DNA of 64,000 bases from an uncultured beta proteobacterium (GTDB lineage: Bacteria > Pseudomonadota > Gammaproteobacteria > Burkholderiales > Casimicrobiaceae): assembly GCA_963791945.1 (NCBI GenBank), contig CAWBUD010000002.1:882743-946742 (forward strand), in the 5' to 3' direction. Below the pieces are notes generated by a model, which made no database searches, was not told the DNA's origin, and worked only from the letters and a program-made list of their open reading frames with translations. Below, in pieces: positions 10,945 to 21,919 of this stretch; the first letter of the stretch is position 1, and the number at the start of each line of letters is the position of its first letter. A program made the translations under genes and the position numbers.

Positions 10945-11487
10945 ATGACGAAGCGAACGGCCGGGCAAGGGATGGAAGCGGGGCGCTTCGACGCGTTTCG
11001 GCTGGCGGCCCGCGGGGAAGTCATCACGGGCAAGCTCGACGTGTTGCAGCGGGCGCGGGTCGCTGACCGGCTGGCGCCGACCGCGGGCACGGCGATGATC
11101 GCGTGGACGATTCGGGGGGGGCGCGACGAGCTCGAGCGGCCGATCCTGACCCTGACGGTCCAGGGGAGCGTGCCGGTCGTTTGCCAGCGCTGCCTTCAGG
11201 GTTTCGAGGCTCACCTGGATCAACGGTCGGAATTGTTGCTCGCCCACGACGACGCCGAGTTGGCGCGGCTCGATGCCGACGAGCGGGAAGTCGTTCTCGC
11301 GTCGACGCCGCTCGAAGCGGCGGCGCTGATCGAAGACGAGGTGCTGCTTTCGCTGCCTTTCGCGCCCAGGCACCCGGAGGCGCAATGCGCCGCGGCCTCG
11401 GCCGGCGGCGCGCAGAAGCAATCCGGCGCGGCGTCTCCGTTTGCGGGGCTCGCGGCGATCAGGAAGAAACCACGGCGGAATTTCTGA
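10945..11487 (+). CDS. yceD: YceD/DUF177 family protein (23S rRNA accumulation protein)
   Basis: Position immediately upstream of rpmF-plsX. CQRCLQGF motif. Start set at MTKRTAGQ (ATG 10945); the upstream extension overlaps the maf promoter region. Confidence 0.75.
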   Translation: MTKRTAGQGMEAGRFDAFRLAARGEVITGKLDVLQRARVADRLAPTAGTAMIAWTIRGGRDELERPILTLTVQGSVPVVCQRCLQGFEAHLDQRSELLLAHDDAELARLDADEREVVLASTPLEAAALIEDEVLLSLPFAPRHPEAQCAAASAGGAQKQSGAASPFAGLAAIRKKPRRNF

Positions 11488-11499
11488 GGAGTGAACCAG

Positions 11500-11682
11500 A
11501 TGGCTGTTCAGCAAAACAAGAAATCGGCATCCAAGCGCGGCATGCATCGCGCACACGACTTCCTCGCCAATCCGCCGCTCGGCGTCGAGCCGGTGACGGG
11601 CGAAGTGCACCGGCGGCACCACATCAGTCCGAGCGGCTACTACCGCGGCAAGAAGGTCGTCAAGACCAAGGCCGACGTCTAG
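11500..11682 (+). CDS. rpmF: 50S ribosomal protein L32
   Basis: [20 protein letters not shown]... Confidence 0.92.
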   Translation: MAVQQNKKSASKRGMHRAHDFLANPPLGVEPVTGEVHRRHHISPSGYYRGKKVVKTKADV

Positions 11683-11766
11683 TCCGCAACGTTCGAGTTG
11701 CGTCGCGGTCCGCATCCTCCGCGCGCATTCCTATCGCCTCGGGCCCGACTCAAGTCCGCATCGACC

Positions 11767-12810
11767 ATGCCTGTCATCATTGCGGTCGATGCGATGGGCG
11801 GTGACCATGGGCCCGCCGTGACGGTCCCGGCGTCGCTTCGTTTTCTGGACGAGACGCCCGACGCGCGAGTGCTGCTGGTCGGCAACGAGGACGCCATCTC
11901 GAAGGCGCTGGCTGCCGCGAGGCCGCGTGCAGCCGGGCGCGCAAGCATCCACGCGGCGAGCGAGATCGTCGAGATGCACGAGGCGCCCGCCGAAGCCCTT
12001 CGCCGGAAAAAAGACTCGTCGATGCGCGTGGCGATCAACCTGGTGAAGGACGGCGTCGCGCAGGCATGCGTGTCGGCGGGCAACACCGGCGCGCTGATGG
12101 CGATCTCGCGCTTCGTCCTCAAGACGCTTCCCGGCATCGACCGGCCGGCGATCGCATCGCAGCTTCCCACGCGCAAGGGCGTGACCACCGCGCTCGATCT
12201 CGGCGCCAACGTCAACTGCACCGCCGAGCAGCTCCTGCAGTTCGCGGTCATGGGCAGCGCGCTGGTCGCGGCGGTCGAAGGCATCGAGCGTCCGTCGGTG
12301 GGACTGCTCAACATCGGAGAGGAAGACATCAAGGGCAACGACGTGGTGAAGGAGGCGGCGGATCTCCTCAGGGCATCGGATCTGAACTTCTACGGCAACG
12401 TCGAAGGCACCGACATCTACAAGGGGACCACCGACGTCATCGTCTGCGACGGCTTCGTCGGGAACGTCGCGCTCAAGACCTCGGAAGGGCTCGCGACGAT
12501 GCTCGCCGACTATCTGCGCGAGGAATTCACGCGCAACCCTATTCGCATGAGCCTGGCGCTGGTCGCGCTGCCGGCGATCAATGCGTTCAAGCGCCGTGTC
12601 GATCCCCGGCGCTACAACGGAGCGACGCTGATCGGCCTCAGGGGCGTGGTGATCAAGAGCCACGGCTCGGCCGATGCGTTGGCTTTCCGGTACGCGCTCA
12701 AGAAAGCCTACGCCGAGGTGACGCACGGCGTGCTCGAGCGCATCGCGCAGCGGCTCGCCGTGACGCCGATGGTCGCCACCGCGGCGACAGCAGGTTCCGG
12801 CGATGCATAG
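11767..12810 (+). CDS. plsX: Phosphate acyltransferase PlsX
   Basis: [16 protein letters not shown]...[10 protein letters not shown]... Confidence 0.95.
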   Translation: MPVIIAVDAMGGDHGPAVTVPASLRFLDETPDARVLLVGNEDAISKALAAARPRAAGRASIHAASEIVEMHEAPAEALRRKKDSSMRVAINLVKDGVAQACVSAGNTGALMAISRFVLKTLPGIDRPAIASQLPTRKGVTTALDLGANVNCTAEQLLQFAVMGSALVAAVEGIERPSVGLLNIGEEDIKGNDVVKEAADLLRASDLNFYGNVEGTDIYKGTTDVIVCDGFVGNVALKTSEGLATMLADYLREEFTRNPIRMSLALVALPAINAFKRRVDPRRYNGATLIGLRGVVIKSHGSADALAFRYALKKAYAEVTHGVLERIAQRLAVTPMVATAATAGSGDA

Positions 12811-13759
12811 TCGCGTCGCCGGCACGGGCAGCTACCTGCCGTCGCAGATCCTGACGAATGCGGAGCTCGCCAAGCGCGTCGACAGTGACGACGAATGGAT
12901 TCGAACGCGCACGGGAATCGCGCAGCGACACATCGCGGCGCCCGGAGAACAGACCAGCGATCTCGCTCTGGCGGCGGCGCGCGAAGCGCTGTCGGCGGCC
13001 GAGGTCTCGCCGACCGAGGTCGACCTGATCGTGCTGGCGACCACGACCCCCGACATGGTGTTTCCGTCGACGGCGTGTATCCTCCAGGACAAGCTCGGCA
13101 CGCGGAACGGGCCGGCGTTCGACGTGCAGGCGGTGTGCAGCGGATTTGTCTATGCGCTCGGGATCGCGGACCTGATGGTCAAGAGCGGCCAGGTCCGCAA
13201 CGCGCTGGTCGTCGGCGCCGAAATCTATTCGCGCATCCTCGACTGGAGCGACCGGCGGACCTGCGTGCTCTTCGGCGACGGCGCCGGAGCGGTCGTGCTC
13301 AAGCCGGCGACGAAGCCGGGGATATTGTCGACGCACCTGCATGCCGACGGCCACTATCGCAACCTTCTCGCCGTTCCGGGTACGGTCGCGCACGGCGCGG
13401 TCAGCGGCACGCCGCTCCTGACGATGGACGGCAATACGGTTTTCAAATTCGCCGTGAAAGTGCTCGCCGAAGTGGCGCACGAGGCGCTGGTTGCCAACGA
13501 TCTGCCGACCTCCGCGATCGACTGGCTGATCCCGCACCAGGCCAACATCCGCATCATGGAGGCGACCGCGAAGAAGCTGCACCTGCCGCTGGAGCGGATG
13601 GTCTCCACGGTCGAACGGCACGCGAACACCTCCGCCGCGTCCATTCCGCTCGCTCTCGACGAGGCGGTGCGCGATGGGCGCATTCAAGCCGACCAGAACG
13701 TCATGCTGCTCGGCGTGGGCGGCGGCTTTACCTGGGGCTCGGTTCTGCTGCGATGGTAG
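12803..13759 (+). CDS. fabH: 3-oxoacyl-ACP synthase III
   Basis: [33 protein letters not shown]; active-site context [10 protein letters not shown]; HQAN motif. Confidence 0.95.
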   Translation: MHSRVAGTGSYLPSQILTNAELAKRVDSDDEWIRTRTGIAQRHIAAPGEQTSDLALAAAREALSAAEVSPTEVDLIVLATTTPDMVFPSTACILQDKLGTRNGPAFDVQAVCSGFVYALGIADLMVKSGQVRNALVVGAEIYSRILDWSDRRTCVLFGDGAGAVVLKPATKPGILSTHLHADGHYRNLLAVPGTVAHGAVSGTPLLTMDGNTVFKFAVKVLAEVAHEALVANDLPTSAIDWLIPHQANIRIMEATAKKLHLPLERMVSTVERHANTSAASIPLALDEAVRDGRIQADQNVMLLGVGGGFTWGSVLLRW

Positions 13760-13778
13760 CAACGATGGTAACTGCGCG

Positions 13779-14708
13779 ATGAAGCTCGCGATGGTGTTTC
13801 CGGGCCAGGGGTCGCAAGCGGTCGGCATGATGAGCCGCTACGAAGCGTTTCCCATCGTGCGCGACACGTTCGGCGAGGCCTCGATGGCCCTCGGCGAAGA
13901 TCTCTGGACGCTGGTCGAAAACGGGCCGGATGAAGCGCTTAATCGCACGGTGAACACGCAGCCCGCGATGCTCGCCGCGGACATCGCGGTGTACCGGGCG
14001 TGGCGCGCGGCCGGTGGCGCAGCTCCGGCGATGCTCGCCGGTCACAGCCTCGGCGAATACGCCGCGCTGGTCGCCGCCGGCGCGATGAAATTTGCCGACG
14101 CGATTCCGCTCGTCCGTTTTCGCGCCGAGGCGATGCAGGAAGCGGTGCCGGCCGGCGTGGGCGCGATGGCGGCGGTCGTGGGGCTCGATTCCGACGGGAT
14201 CAACGAGGCATGCCGCGAGGCGGCTCACGGCCAGATCGTCGAGCCGGTGAACTTCAACGCGCCCGACCAGATCGTGATCGCAGGACATCGCGAGGCGGTC
14301 GAGCGCGCCGTCGATGCGGCGAGAGCGCGCGGCGCGAAGCGGGCGGTGATGCTGCCTGTGAGCGCGCCCTTTCACAGCATGCTGATGCGGCCCGCCGCGG
14401 AACGGCTCGCGCGCCATCTCGCCGAGATCGCGATCGACGCGCCCACGCTGCCCGTCATCCACAATGTCGACGTTTCGGTCGCTCACAGGCCGGACGCCAT
14501 CCGCGCGGCACTGGCGGCTCAGGCAGCCAGCCCCGTGCGCTGGGTCGAGACCATTCAGGCGTTCGCCGCTCGAGGCGTCACGCATCTGGTCGAGTGCGGC
14601 CCGGGGAAGGTCCTGACCGGGCTCGCCAAGCGCATCGCGCCGGAGTTGAGCGCGATGCCGCTGAACGACGCCGACGCGATCACGGCGGCGATCGCCGCGA
14701 CGGCGTAG
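13779..14708 (+). CDS. fabD: Malonyl CoA-ACP transacylase
   Basis: MKLAMVFPGQGSQAVGMM...GHSLGEYAALV. Confidence 0.95.
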   Translation: MKLAMVFPGQGSQAVGMMSRYEAFPIVRDTFGEASMALGEDLWTLVENGPDEALNRTVNTQPAMLAADIAVYRAWRAAGGAAPAMLAGHSLGEYAALVAAGAMKFADAIPLVRFRAEAMQEAVPAGVGAMAAVVGLDSDGINEACREAAHGQIVEPVNFNAPDQIVIAGHREAVERAVDAARARGAKRAVMLPVSAPFHSMLMRPAAERLARHLAEIAIDAPTLPVIHNVDVSVAHRPDAIRAALAAQAASPVRWVETIQAFAARGVTHLVECGPGKVLTGLAKRIAPELSAMPLNDADAITAAIAATA

Positions 14709-14714
14709 GGTCCA

Positions 14715-15458
14715 ATGACGCTCGACGGTCAGGTCGCGCTCGTCACCGGTGCCACGCGCGGCATCGGCAAGGCGATCGCGCTCGAGCTCGCACGAGCCGG
14801 GGCGCGGGTCGTCGGCACGGCGACCACCGACGCGGGCGCGGGTGCGATCGGTGCCTACCTGCGCGAAGCTGGACACAGCGGCGAGGGCCTTCGCCTGGAC
14901 GTGACCGACGGCGCGAGCATCGAGCCGGCCGTCGCGGGCATCGCGCAACGACTGGGCGAGATCGCCATTCTGGTCAACAACGCGGGGATCACCCGCGACA
15001 ACCTGCTGCTTCGCATGAAAGACGAAGACTGGGACGCCGTCATGGATACCGATCTCAAGTCGGTGTACCGGCTTTCGAAGGCGGTTCTGCGCGGCATGAT
15101 GAAGGCACGCCACGGTCGCATCGTCAATGTGGGCTCGGTCGTCGGCGTGAGCGGCAATCCGGGACAGACCAACTACGCCGCGGCAAAGGCCGCCTTGATC
15201 GGGTTCACGAAGTCGCTCGCGCAGGAGATCGGCAGCCGCAACATCACGGTGAACTGCGTTGCGCCCGGATTCATCGACACGGACATGACGCGCGCGCTCT
15301 CCGGCGCGCAGCGCGAGAAGCTCACCGAGCGCATACCGCTGGGGCGCCTCGGGACGCCCGGGGACGTCGCCCACGCGGTTCATTTCCTCGCCTCGCGCGA
15401 AGCAGGTTACATCACCGGCGCGACCGTGCACGTGAACGGCGGGTTGTACATGGCCTAG
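14715..15458 (+). CDS. fabG: 3-oxoacyl-ACP reductase
   Basis: VALVTGATRGIGKAIA...NNAGITRD...YAAAKAA SDR motifs. Confidence 0.95.
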   Translation: MTLDGQVALVTGATRGIGKAIALELARAGARVVGTATTDAGAGAIGAYLREAGHSGEGLRLDVTDGASIEPAVAGIAQRLGEIAILVNNAGITRDNLLLRMKDEDWDAVMDTDLKSVYRLSKAVLRGMMKARHGRIVNVGSVVGVSGNPGQTNYAAAKAALIGFTKSLAQEIGSRNITVNCVAPGFIDTDMTRALSGAQREKLTERIPLGRLGTPGDVAHAVHFLASREAGYITGATVHVNGGLYMA

Positions 15459-15527
15459 CCTGCGGGCTCGGCGTATCTGGTAAAATCCATCGCTTGCAAC
15501 AATTCGGATCCCTTCGGGAGGAGACGC

Positions 15528-15767
15528 ATGGAAAACGTGGAACAACGAGTCAAGAAAATCGTCGCCGAACAACTGGGCGTGAACGAAGCCGAGATCAAGA
15601 ACGAGTCGTCCTTTGTCGACGACCTTGGCGCTGACTCGCTGGATACGGTCGAGCTGGTGATGGCGCTGGAAGAGGAATTCGAGACGGAGATCCCCGACGA
15701 AGAGGCCGAGAAGATCACCACGGTCCAGCAGGCCGTCGACTACATCAATTCGCACCTGAAGAAGTAA
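15528..15767 (+). CDS. acpP: Acyl carrier protein
   Basis: 79 aa with the [20 protein letters not shown] phosphopantetheine site. Confidence 0.97.
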   Translation: MENVEQRVKKIVAEQLGVNEAEIKNESSFVDDLGADSLDTVELVMALEEEFETEIPDEEAEKITTVQQAVDYINSHLKK

Positions 15768-15856
15768 GCTCCCTGCCGGGCCCGCCGCCCGGTCCCTTTC
15801 GCCGAGTTCGCCGCGCAGCTCGACTGCGCAACCTGGTTCGCCTCCGCACAGACGCC

Positions 15857-17095
<1,239 letters not shown>

Positions 17096-17117
17096 GCATC
17101 GACGGGATCGCGAACGC

Positions 17118-18365
17118 ATGGCCCTGATCGTCCAGAAATACGGTGGGACGTCCGTCGGCAGCACCGAGCGCATTCGTAGCGTCGCCCGCAGGGTCGCCCG
17201 TTATCATCGCGAGGGCCATCAGCTGGTCGTTGTCGTTTCGGCCATGAGCGGCGAGACGAACCGCCTGCTCGCGCTTGCGAACGAGCTGTCGCGCGATCCC
17301 GATCCGCGCGAGCTCGACGTGATCGCCGCGACCGGCGAACAGGTGACCATCGGGCTGCTGGCGATCGCGCTTCACGAGCTGGGGGTTAAGGCGAGAAGCT
17401 ATACCGGCGGCCAGGTACGCCTGCTGACCGACAGCGCCTTCACCAAGGCGCGCATTCTCGACATCGACGTCGAGCCGATGCGCAAGGATCTCGCCGCCGA
17501 CACTGTCGTGATCGTCGCCGGATTCCAGGGCGTCGATGCCGAAGGCAACATCACCACGCTCGGTCGCGGCGGCTCCGACACCTCCGGAGTCGCTCTCGCG
17601 GCCGCGCTTCACGCCGACGAATGCCAGATTTACACTGATGTCGACGGCGTCTATACGACGGATCCCCGGATCGTGCCGGAAGCGCGGCGCCTCGATCGGA
17701 TCACATTCGAGGAAATGCTCGAAATGGCGAGCCTCGGATCGAAGGTGCTGCAGATCCGCTCGGTGGAGTTCGCCGGCAAGTACCGGGTGAAGCTGCGCGT
17801 GCTGTCCTCGTTCGACGATCCAGACAGCACCGCGGCGGGCACGCTCATTACCTTCGAGGAAGACGAAGCCATGGAACAGGCGATCATTTCCGGCATCGCA
17901 TTCACCCGCGACGAGGCCAAGATCTCGCTGATGGGTGTGGAGGATCGTCCGGGTGTAGCGTACGCGATCCTCGGTCCCATCGCCGACGCCGGCATCGACG
18001 TCGACATGATCGTGCAGAACATCGGCGCATCGGGCCATACCGACTTTTCGTTCACTGTGAATCGAAGCGAATACAGGAAGGCGCTCGAGCTCCTGGACCG
18101 CGAAAAGGGGCGCGGCTTCACCGCGCGCGAGATCATCGGCGACAATCGGATCTGCAAGGTTTCGCTCGTGGGCATCGGCATGCGCTCGCACGCGGGCATC
18201 GCGTCCAAGATGTTCAAGGCGCTGGCCGAGGAGGGGATCAATATCCAGATGATCTCGACCTCCGAGATCAAGACTTCGGTCGTGATCGACGAGAAATATC
18301 TGGAGCTCGCCGTGCGACAGCTCCATCACACTTTCGACCTGGACCAGGCACCGGCCTCGGCGTGA
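17118..18365 (+). CDS. lysC: Aspartate kinase with C-terminal ACT domains
   Basis: [15 protein letters not shown]...[14 protein letters not shown]...; start ATG at 17118. Confidence 0.93.
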   Translation: MALIVQKYGGTSVGSTERIRSVARRVARYHREGHQLVVVVSAMSGETNRLLALANELSRDPDPRELDVIAATGEQVTIGLLAIALHELGVKARSYTGGQVRLLTDSAFTKARILDIDVEPMRKDLAADTVVIVAGFQGVDAEGNITTLGRGGSDTSGVALAAALHADECQIYTDVDGVYTTDPRIVPEARRLDRITFEEMLEMASLGSKVLQIRSVEFAGKYRVKLRVLSSFDDPDSTAAGTLITFEEDEAMEQAIISGIAFTRDEAKISLMGVEDRPGVAYAILGPIADAGIDVDMIVQNIGASGHTDFSFTVNRSEYRKALELLDREKGRGFTAREIIGDNRICKVSLVGIGMRSHAGIASKMFKALAEEGINIQMISTSEIKTSVVIDEKYLELAVRQLHHTFDLDQAPASA

Positions 18366-18434
18366 GGCTCGCCTCCGGGTAAAATGGCGATCGGCCCGTC
18401 ATCGATGTAAGGGTTCGCCGGATCAATCGAGGAG

Positions 18435-19001
18435 ATGTCGAAGATGCCCGCCGGAAAACCGTTGCCGCAGTCGTTGAAGCTCCATGCCGTGAAAAAAGCA
18501 GGCGGTCACGGTGCCGCAACCACCTGCGGTAATCCGCTGGCTTTCACGATGCAGCCTCAGCAGCAGACGCAATGGTGCTGGGCGGCGGTTTCGGTCTCGG
18601 TAAATCTTTACTACCACCCGGCGAGCGGTCAGAGCCAGTGCGCGGTGACCAACCTCGCGATGGGACAGACGACTTGCTGCGCCGACGGCAGCACGCCGCA
18701 GTGCAATCAGCCGTGGTTCCTCGACCAGGCGCTGCAGATCGTCGGCAGCCTCAATGCGTGGAGCAGCGGCAAGGCCTCCCTCGCCGCGGTCAAGACCGAG
18801 ATCAACCAGTGCCGTCCGTTCTGCCTGCGCATAGAGTGGAACGGCGGCGGCGGGCACTTCGTCACGGTCTACGGCTATTCGAGCAAGAAGCTCGACATCG
18901 GCGATCCGTTTTACGGGAACTCCGTCGTAGGGTATTTGTCGTTTCCGGATACCTATCAGGGCGGCGGCACCTGGACCGATAACTACACGACCAAGGCGTA
19001 G
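18435..19001 (+). CDS. Papain-fold cysteine peptidase, Peptidase_C39_2 / C70 (AvrRpt2)-like; no signal peptide seen
   Basis: Candidate triad: Q-x4-W-C-W (QQQTQWCWAAVS), GGGHFVTVYGY about 93 aa downstream, then KKLDIGDP. The spacing resembles C70/C39-like peptidases. Judged by eye only. Confidence 0.55.
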   Translation: MSKMPAGKPLPQSLKLHAVKKAGGHGAATTCGNPLAFTMQPQQQTQWCWAAVSVSVNLYYHPASGQSQCAVTNLAMGQTTCCADGSTPQCNQPWFLDQALQIVGSLNAWSSGKASLAAVKTEINQCRPFCLRIEWNGGGGHFVTVYGYSSKKLDIGDPFYGNSVVGYLSFPDTYQGGGTWTDNYTTKA

Positions 19002-19015
19002 GAGGGCACTCGATC

Positions 19016-19651
19016 ATGCCGATCACTTTGCGCAGCGTTCCGCGCGGCGGCGCCGCCCGGCTCGTCGCCCACCTCACCGAGCTGGCGCGGGAGCGGAAAT
19101 TTCCGCACCGGATGCAGGAGATGCGCCTCGAATCGCTGTCGCACAGCGAGCCGCATCCCGTCTATTTCGTGCCGCTGGATGCGCTGGCCGACGGGAAGCT
19201 GCTCGCCGCCGCGAAACAGACGAGCTGGCGCTACCTGCTGGTCCAGGACAATGCCGCAATCGCGGAGGCCGAGCTGAGCGTCGGTCGCCGGGGTGCGAAG
19301 GGCGCAGCCGGGCGCCCGCTGGAGTTCGCCGGTCTCACGCACGGTCCCTTCGCGGCCGCGACCGTCGACGCGCTCGGCGCGGCCGAGCGGTTGCCGCAAG
19401 TCGCGAGCTCGGACTACGAGCTGCGGCTCCTCAGAATCCCGGCCGTGTACCTGGTCGCGCTTTGGCTGCACGGCGCTACGGACGATATCCTGATTCCGAT
19501 GGGCGATCCGCCTGGCGGCCTGAAGAAGAATCAGCCCTATACCGAATCGGCGGTCATCGAAGCGCTGCGCGGCGCGGCCGGGCAGGCGAAGCAATTCGAC
19601 GACGCGTACAAGGAGCACAAGCGCAAGCGTCGCAGCCCGAAGAAGTCGTAG
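19016..19651 (+). CDS. Hypothetical protein, translationally linked partner of the peptidase; basic C-terminal tail
   Basis: 211-aa ORF starting 15 nt after the peptidase stop, with codon usage like its neighbours. No motif recognised. Ends KEHKRKRRSPKKS. Confidence 0.5.
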   Translation: MPITLRSVPRGGAARLVAHLTELARERKFPHRMQEMRLESLSHSEPHPVYFVPLDALADGKLLAAAKQTSWRYLLVQDNAAIAEAELSVGRRGAKGAAGRPLEFAGLTHGPFAAATVDALGAAERLPQVASSDYELRLLRIPAVYLVALWLHGATDDILIPMGDPPGGLKKNQPYTESAVIEALRGAAGQAKQFDDAYKEHKRKRRSPKKS

Positions 19652-19689
19652 CCTCGCGTACGGTGCGCAGGTAAAATCGCGCACGATCC

Positions 19690-19783
19690 GGAGAGATGGC
19701 CGAGTGGTCGAAGGCACTCCCCTGCTAAGGGAGCATACGCCCAAAAAGGTGTATCGAGGGTTCGAATCCCTCTCTCTCCGCCA
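19690..19783 (+). tRNA. tRNA-Ser (anticodon GCU), CCA encoded
   Basis: Acceptor GGAGAGA/TCTCTCC, anticodon loop CTGCTAA, long variable arm, T-arm GAGGG-TTCGAAT-CCCTC. Confidence 0.95.
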
Positions 19784-19859
19784 GTAAGCATTGGTACGGT
19801 CCGAACACATGGGTGACGGATCGTACCTGAGACATAGATACTCTCTCGGAAGTCAAGCG

Positions 19860-20271
19860 GTCTTGGGGGGTATGCGGAAGAATCTGTTACCGTCGAATTT
19901 TCGTCGCGCTTCAGCATGCCCCAGATCGCATGCAGTAGTTTCCGCATCACGGCAACGACGGCTTGCATGGGCTTTTTGCCCGCCGCAACGAGCTTGGCGT
20001 AGAACGCCTTCACGTTAGGTTCGTGCTGTATAGCCACGGAGGGCGGCATGTAGAGAGCAGCCCGCAGGTACTTGTTGCCAACCTTCGTAATCCGACGCGG
20101 TCGATGGACTGAGCTGCCTGATTCATAAGCTCTGGGGTCGAGCCCGGCGTGGGCGACCCACTGCGGGGTATTGAGATCCTGCGGAAGGACCAAGAGCTCA
20201 GCCAATAGGCGCATGGCCGACACTTCGCTAATGCCCTTGGTGGGAGCCAAGTGCGCCAGCTTCCGGGGATG
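19860..20271 (-). pseudogene. IS110-family transposase, C-terminal fragment (N-terminal part missing, interrupted by the IS256-family element)
   Basis: ...TKGISEVSAMRLLAELLVLPQDLNTPQWVAHAGLDPRAYESGSSVHRPRRITKVGNKYLRAALYMPPSVAI...AVVAVMRKLLHAIWGMLKRDE is the typical Transposase_20 region. Confidence 0.6.
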
Positions 20272-21621
20272 ACGTAACATAAATTTCGCACATTTCGAGG
20301 CGGTGGCCTCGATCTGGTTCAATGGTAGCTGCGCGGCAATCAATGATCCAGACCACAGCGAGGCCACCATGGCAGAGGATACAGCGGAAGGACTGAAGGA
20401 CGCGATTCGAGTCGATACAGCGGAGCTGCGCGGGCACGTCGACGCGGTGGTGCGCTCGAGCGTCGAGGAGACGCTCAACGCGCTGCTGCAGGCGGAAGCC
20501 GATCAGATCTGCAAGGCGGGACGCTATGTTCGCTCGCCGGAGCGGGTTGATACGCGGGCCGGGCACTACGAGCGAAAGCTGGAGACCAAGGCCGGCGCCG
20601 TTGTGCTGAAGATGCCGAAGCTGCGCTCGCTGCCGTTCGAGACAGCGATCATCGAGCGCTACCGGCGCCGCGAATCGTCGGTCGAGGAAGCGTTGGTCGA
20701 GATGTATTTGGCAGGGGTGAGCGTGCGGCGGGTCGAAGACATCACCGAAGCGTTGTGGGGCACCCGGGTGAGCTCGGGCACTGTGTCGCGGCTCAACCAG
20801 AAGATCTACCGGCACATCGAGGCCTGGCGCAATCGCACCATCGAAGGGGAGTTCCCGTACCTCTTCCTCGACGGCGTGGTACTCAAGCGCAGCTGGGCGG
20901 GCGAAGTGCGCAATGTATCGGTGCTGGTGGCGATCGGCGTGGGTGCCGACGGTCACCGACAGATCCTCGGGGTTGCCGAAGGCCAGAAGGAGGATCTGGA
21001 AGGCTGGCGCGGCTTCCTGCGTCACTTGAAGGACCGCGGACTCGCCGGTGTGCAGTTGATCATTTCGGACGCGTGTCTGGGACTGGTCGAAGCGGCCGCC
21101 GAGCTCTTCCCCGACGCGCAGTGGCAGCGCTGCGTGGTCCACTTCTATCGCAACGTGTTCAGCAACGTGCCGAAGGGCAAAGTCGCCGACGTCGCTCGAA
21201 TGTTGAAAGCGATCCACGCCCAGGAGGATCGCCGCTCGGCTGAGGATAAGGTGCGCGAAGTGATTGCGAAGCTGCGCGCGATGCGCTTAACGAAGGCGGC
21301 CGAGCTCGTTGAAGCGAAGGCGCACGAGACGCTGACCTACTTCGCCTTTCCGAGCAATCACTGGCGGCAGGTGAAGACGAACAATCCGCTCGAGCGCATC
21401 ATCCGCGAGATTCGCCGGCGCACCCGAGTGGTCGGCGCATTCCCGGACGGACATTCAGCGTTGATGTTGGTCGCGGCGCGACTGCGACACATCGCGAGTA
21501 CGAAGTGGGGCAAGCGGCGTTATCTCGCAATGGAAACGCTGCTCAACCCACTTCCCGAGGAGGCAGCTGCTTGAGATCGGATCAGGCTACCGCCGAAGAA
21601 AGTGCGAAAGACTCTTGACAC
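20272..21621 (+). mobile_element. IS256-family insertion sequence (~1.35 kb)
   Basis: Imperfect terminal inverted repeats: AAATTTCGCACATTTCGAGGCGGTGGCC (20281..20308) versus the reverse complement of GGCTACCGCCGAAGAAAGTGCGAAAGA (21586..21612). The outer ends are approximate. Confidence 0.7.
20369..21574 (+). CDS. IS256-family (mutator-type) transposase
   Basis: ...ETLNALLQAEADQICKAGRYVRSPERVDTRAGHYERKLETKAGAVVLKMPKLR...EMYLAGVSVRRVEDITEALWG...ISDACLGLVEA...QRCVVHFYRNV. Confidence 0.9.
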   Translation: MAEDTAEGLKDAIRVDTAELRGHVDAVVRSSVEETLNALLQAEADQICKAGRYVRSPERVDTRAGHYERKLETKAGAVVLKMPKLRSLPFETAIIERYRRRESSVEEALVEMYLAGVSVRRVEDITEALWGTRVSSGTVSRLNQKIYRHIEAWRNRTIEGEFPYLFLDGVVLKRSWAGEVRNVSVLVAIGVGADGHRQILGVAEGQKEDLEGWRGFLRHLKDRGLAGVQLIISDACLGLVEAAAELFPDAQWQRCVVHFYRNVFSNVPKGKVADVARMLKAIHAQEDRRSAEDKVREVIAKLRAMRLTKAAELVEAKAHETLTYFAFPSNHWRQVKTNNPLERIIREIRRRTRVVGAFPDGHSALMLVAARLRHIASTKWGKRRYLAMETLLNPLPEEAAA

Positions 21622-21637
21622 AACCCTTCCGGGCTAA

Positions 21638-21812
21638 CGCCAGCACGCCCTGGATCAGGCGCAAGCCGCTCTCCTGCATGCGGTGAATGCGCCGCTCCAA
21701 ATGACGGATGTTGACGTTGGTTCGCGCTACAACACCGAGCGCCCGCACGAGTCGCTCGGACGAATCCCACCGGTCAAATATGCCATGGCAAAATCCCCGC
21801 AACCTCTACTTT
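21638..21812 (+). pseudogene. C-terminal remnant of an rve-type (IS3/IS481-like) transposase
   Basis: Frame 2 reads ...RYNTERPHESLGRIPPVKYAMAKSPQPLL*, the signature end of integrase-core transposases. No upstream catalytic domain is present. Confidence 0.5.
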
Positions 21813-21919
21813 AGATTGCCCAAAAAAGCGAGGAGGCTTCACCCGGGAAGGAACAGCAGGACGGTCGTGCCCAATCGCGCACGACCGTCGAGGCTTCACA
21901 CGCGGATGAGGTGAGGCGG

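Noticed and set aside
19537-20478. 313-aa minus-strand ORF as a real gene
   Set aside because: A chimeric read-through: antisense of the hypothetical gene's 3' end and of tRNA-Ser, then an IS110 transposase fragment, then the IS256 inverted repeat. Only the IS110-like middle part is meaningful, and as a pseudogene.
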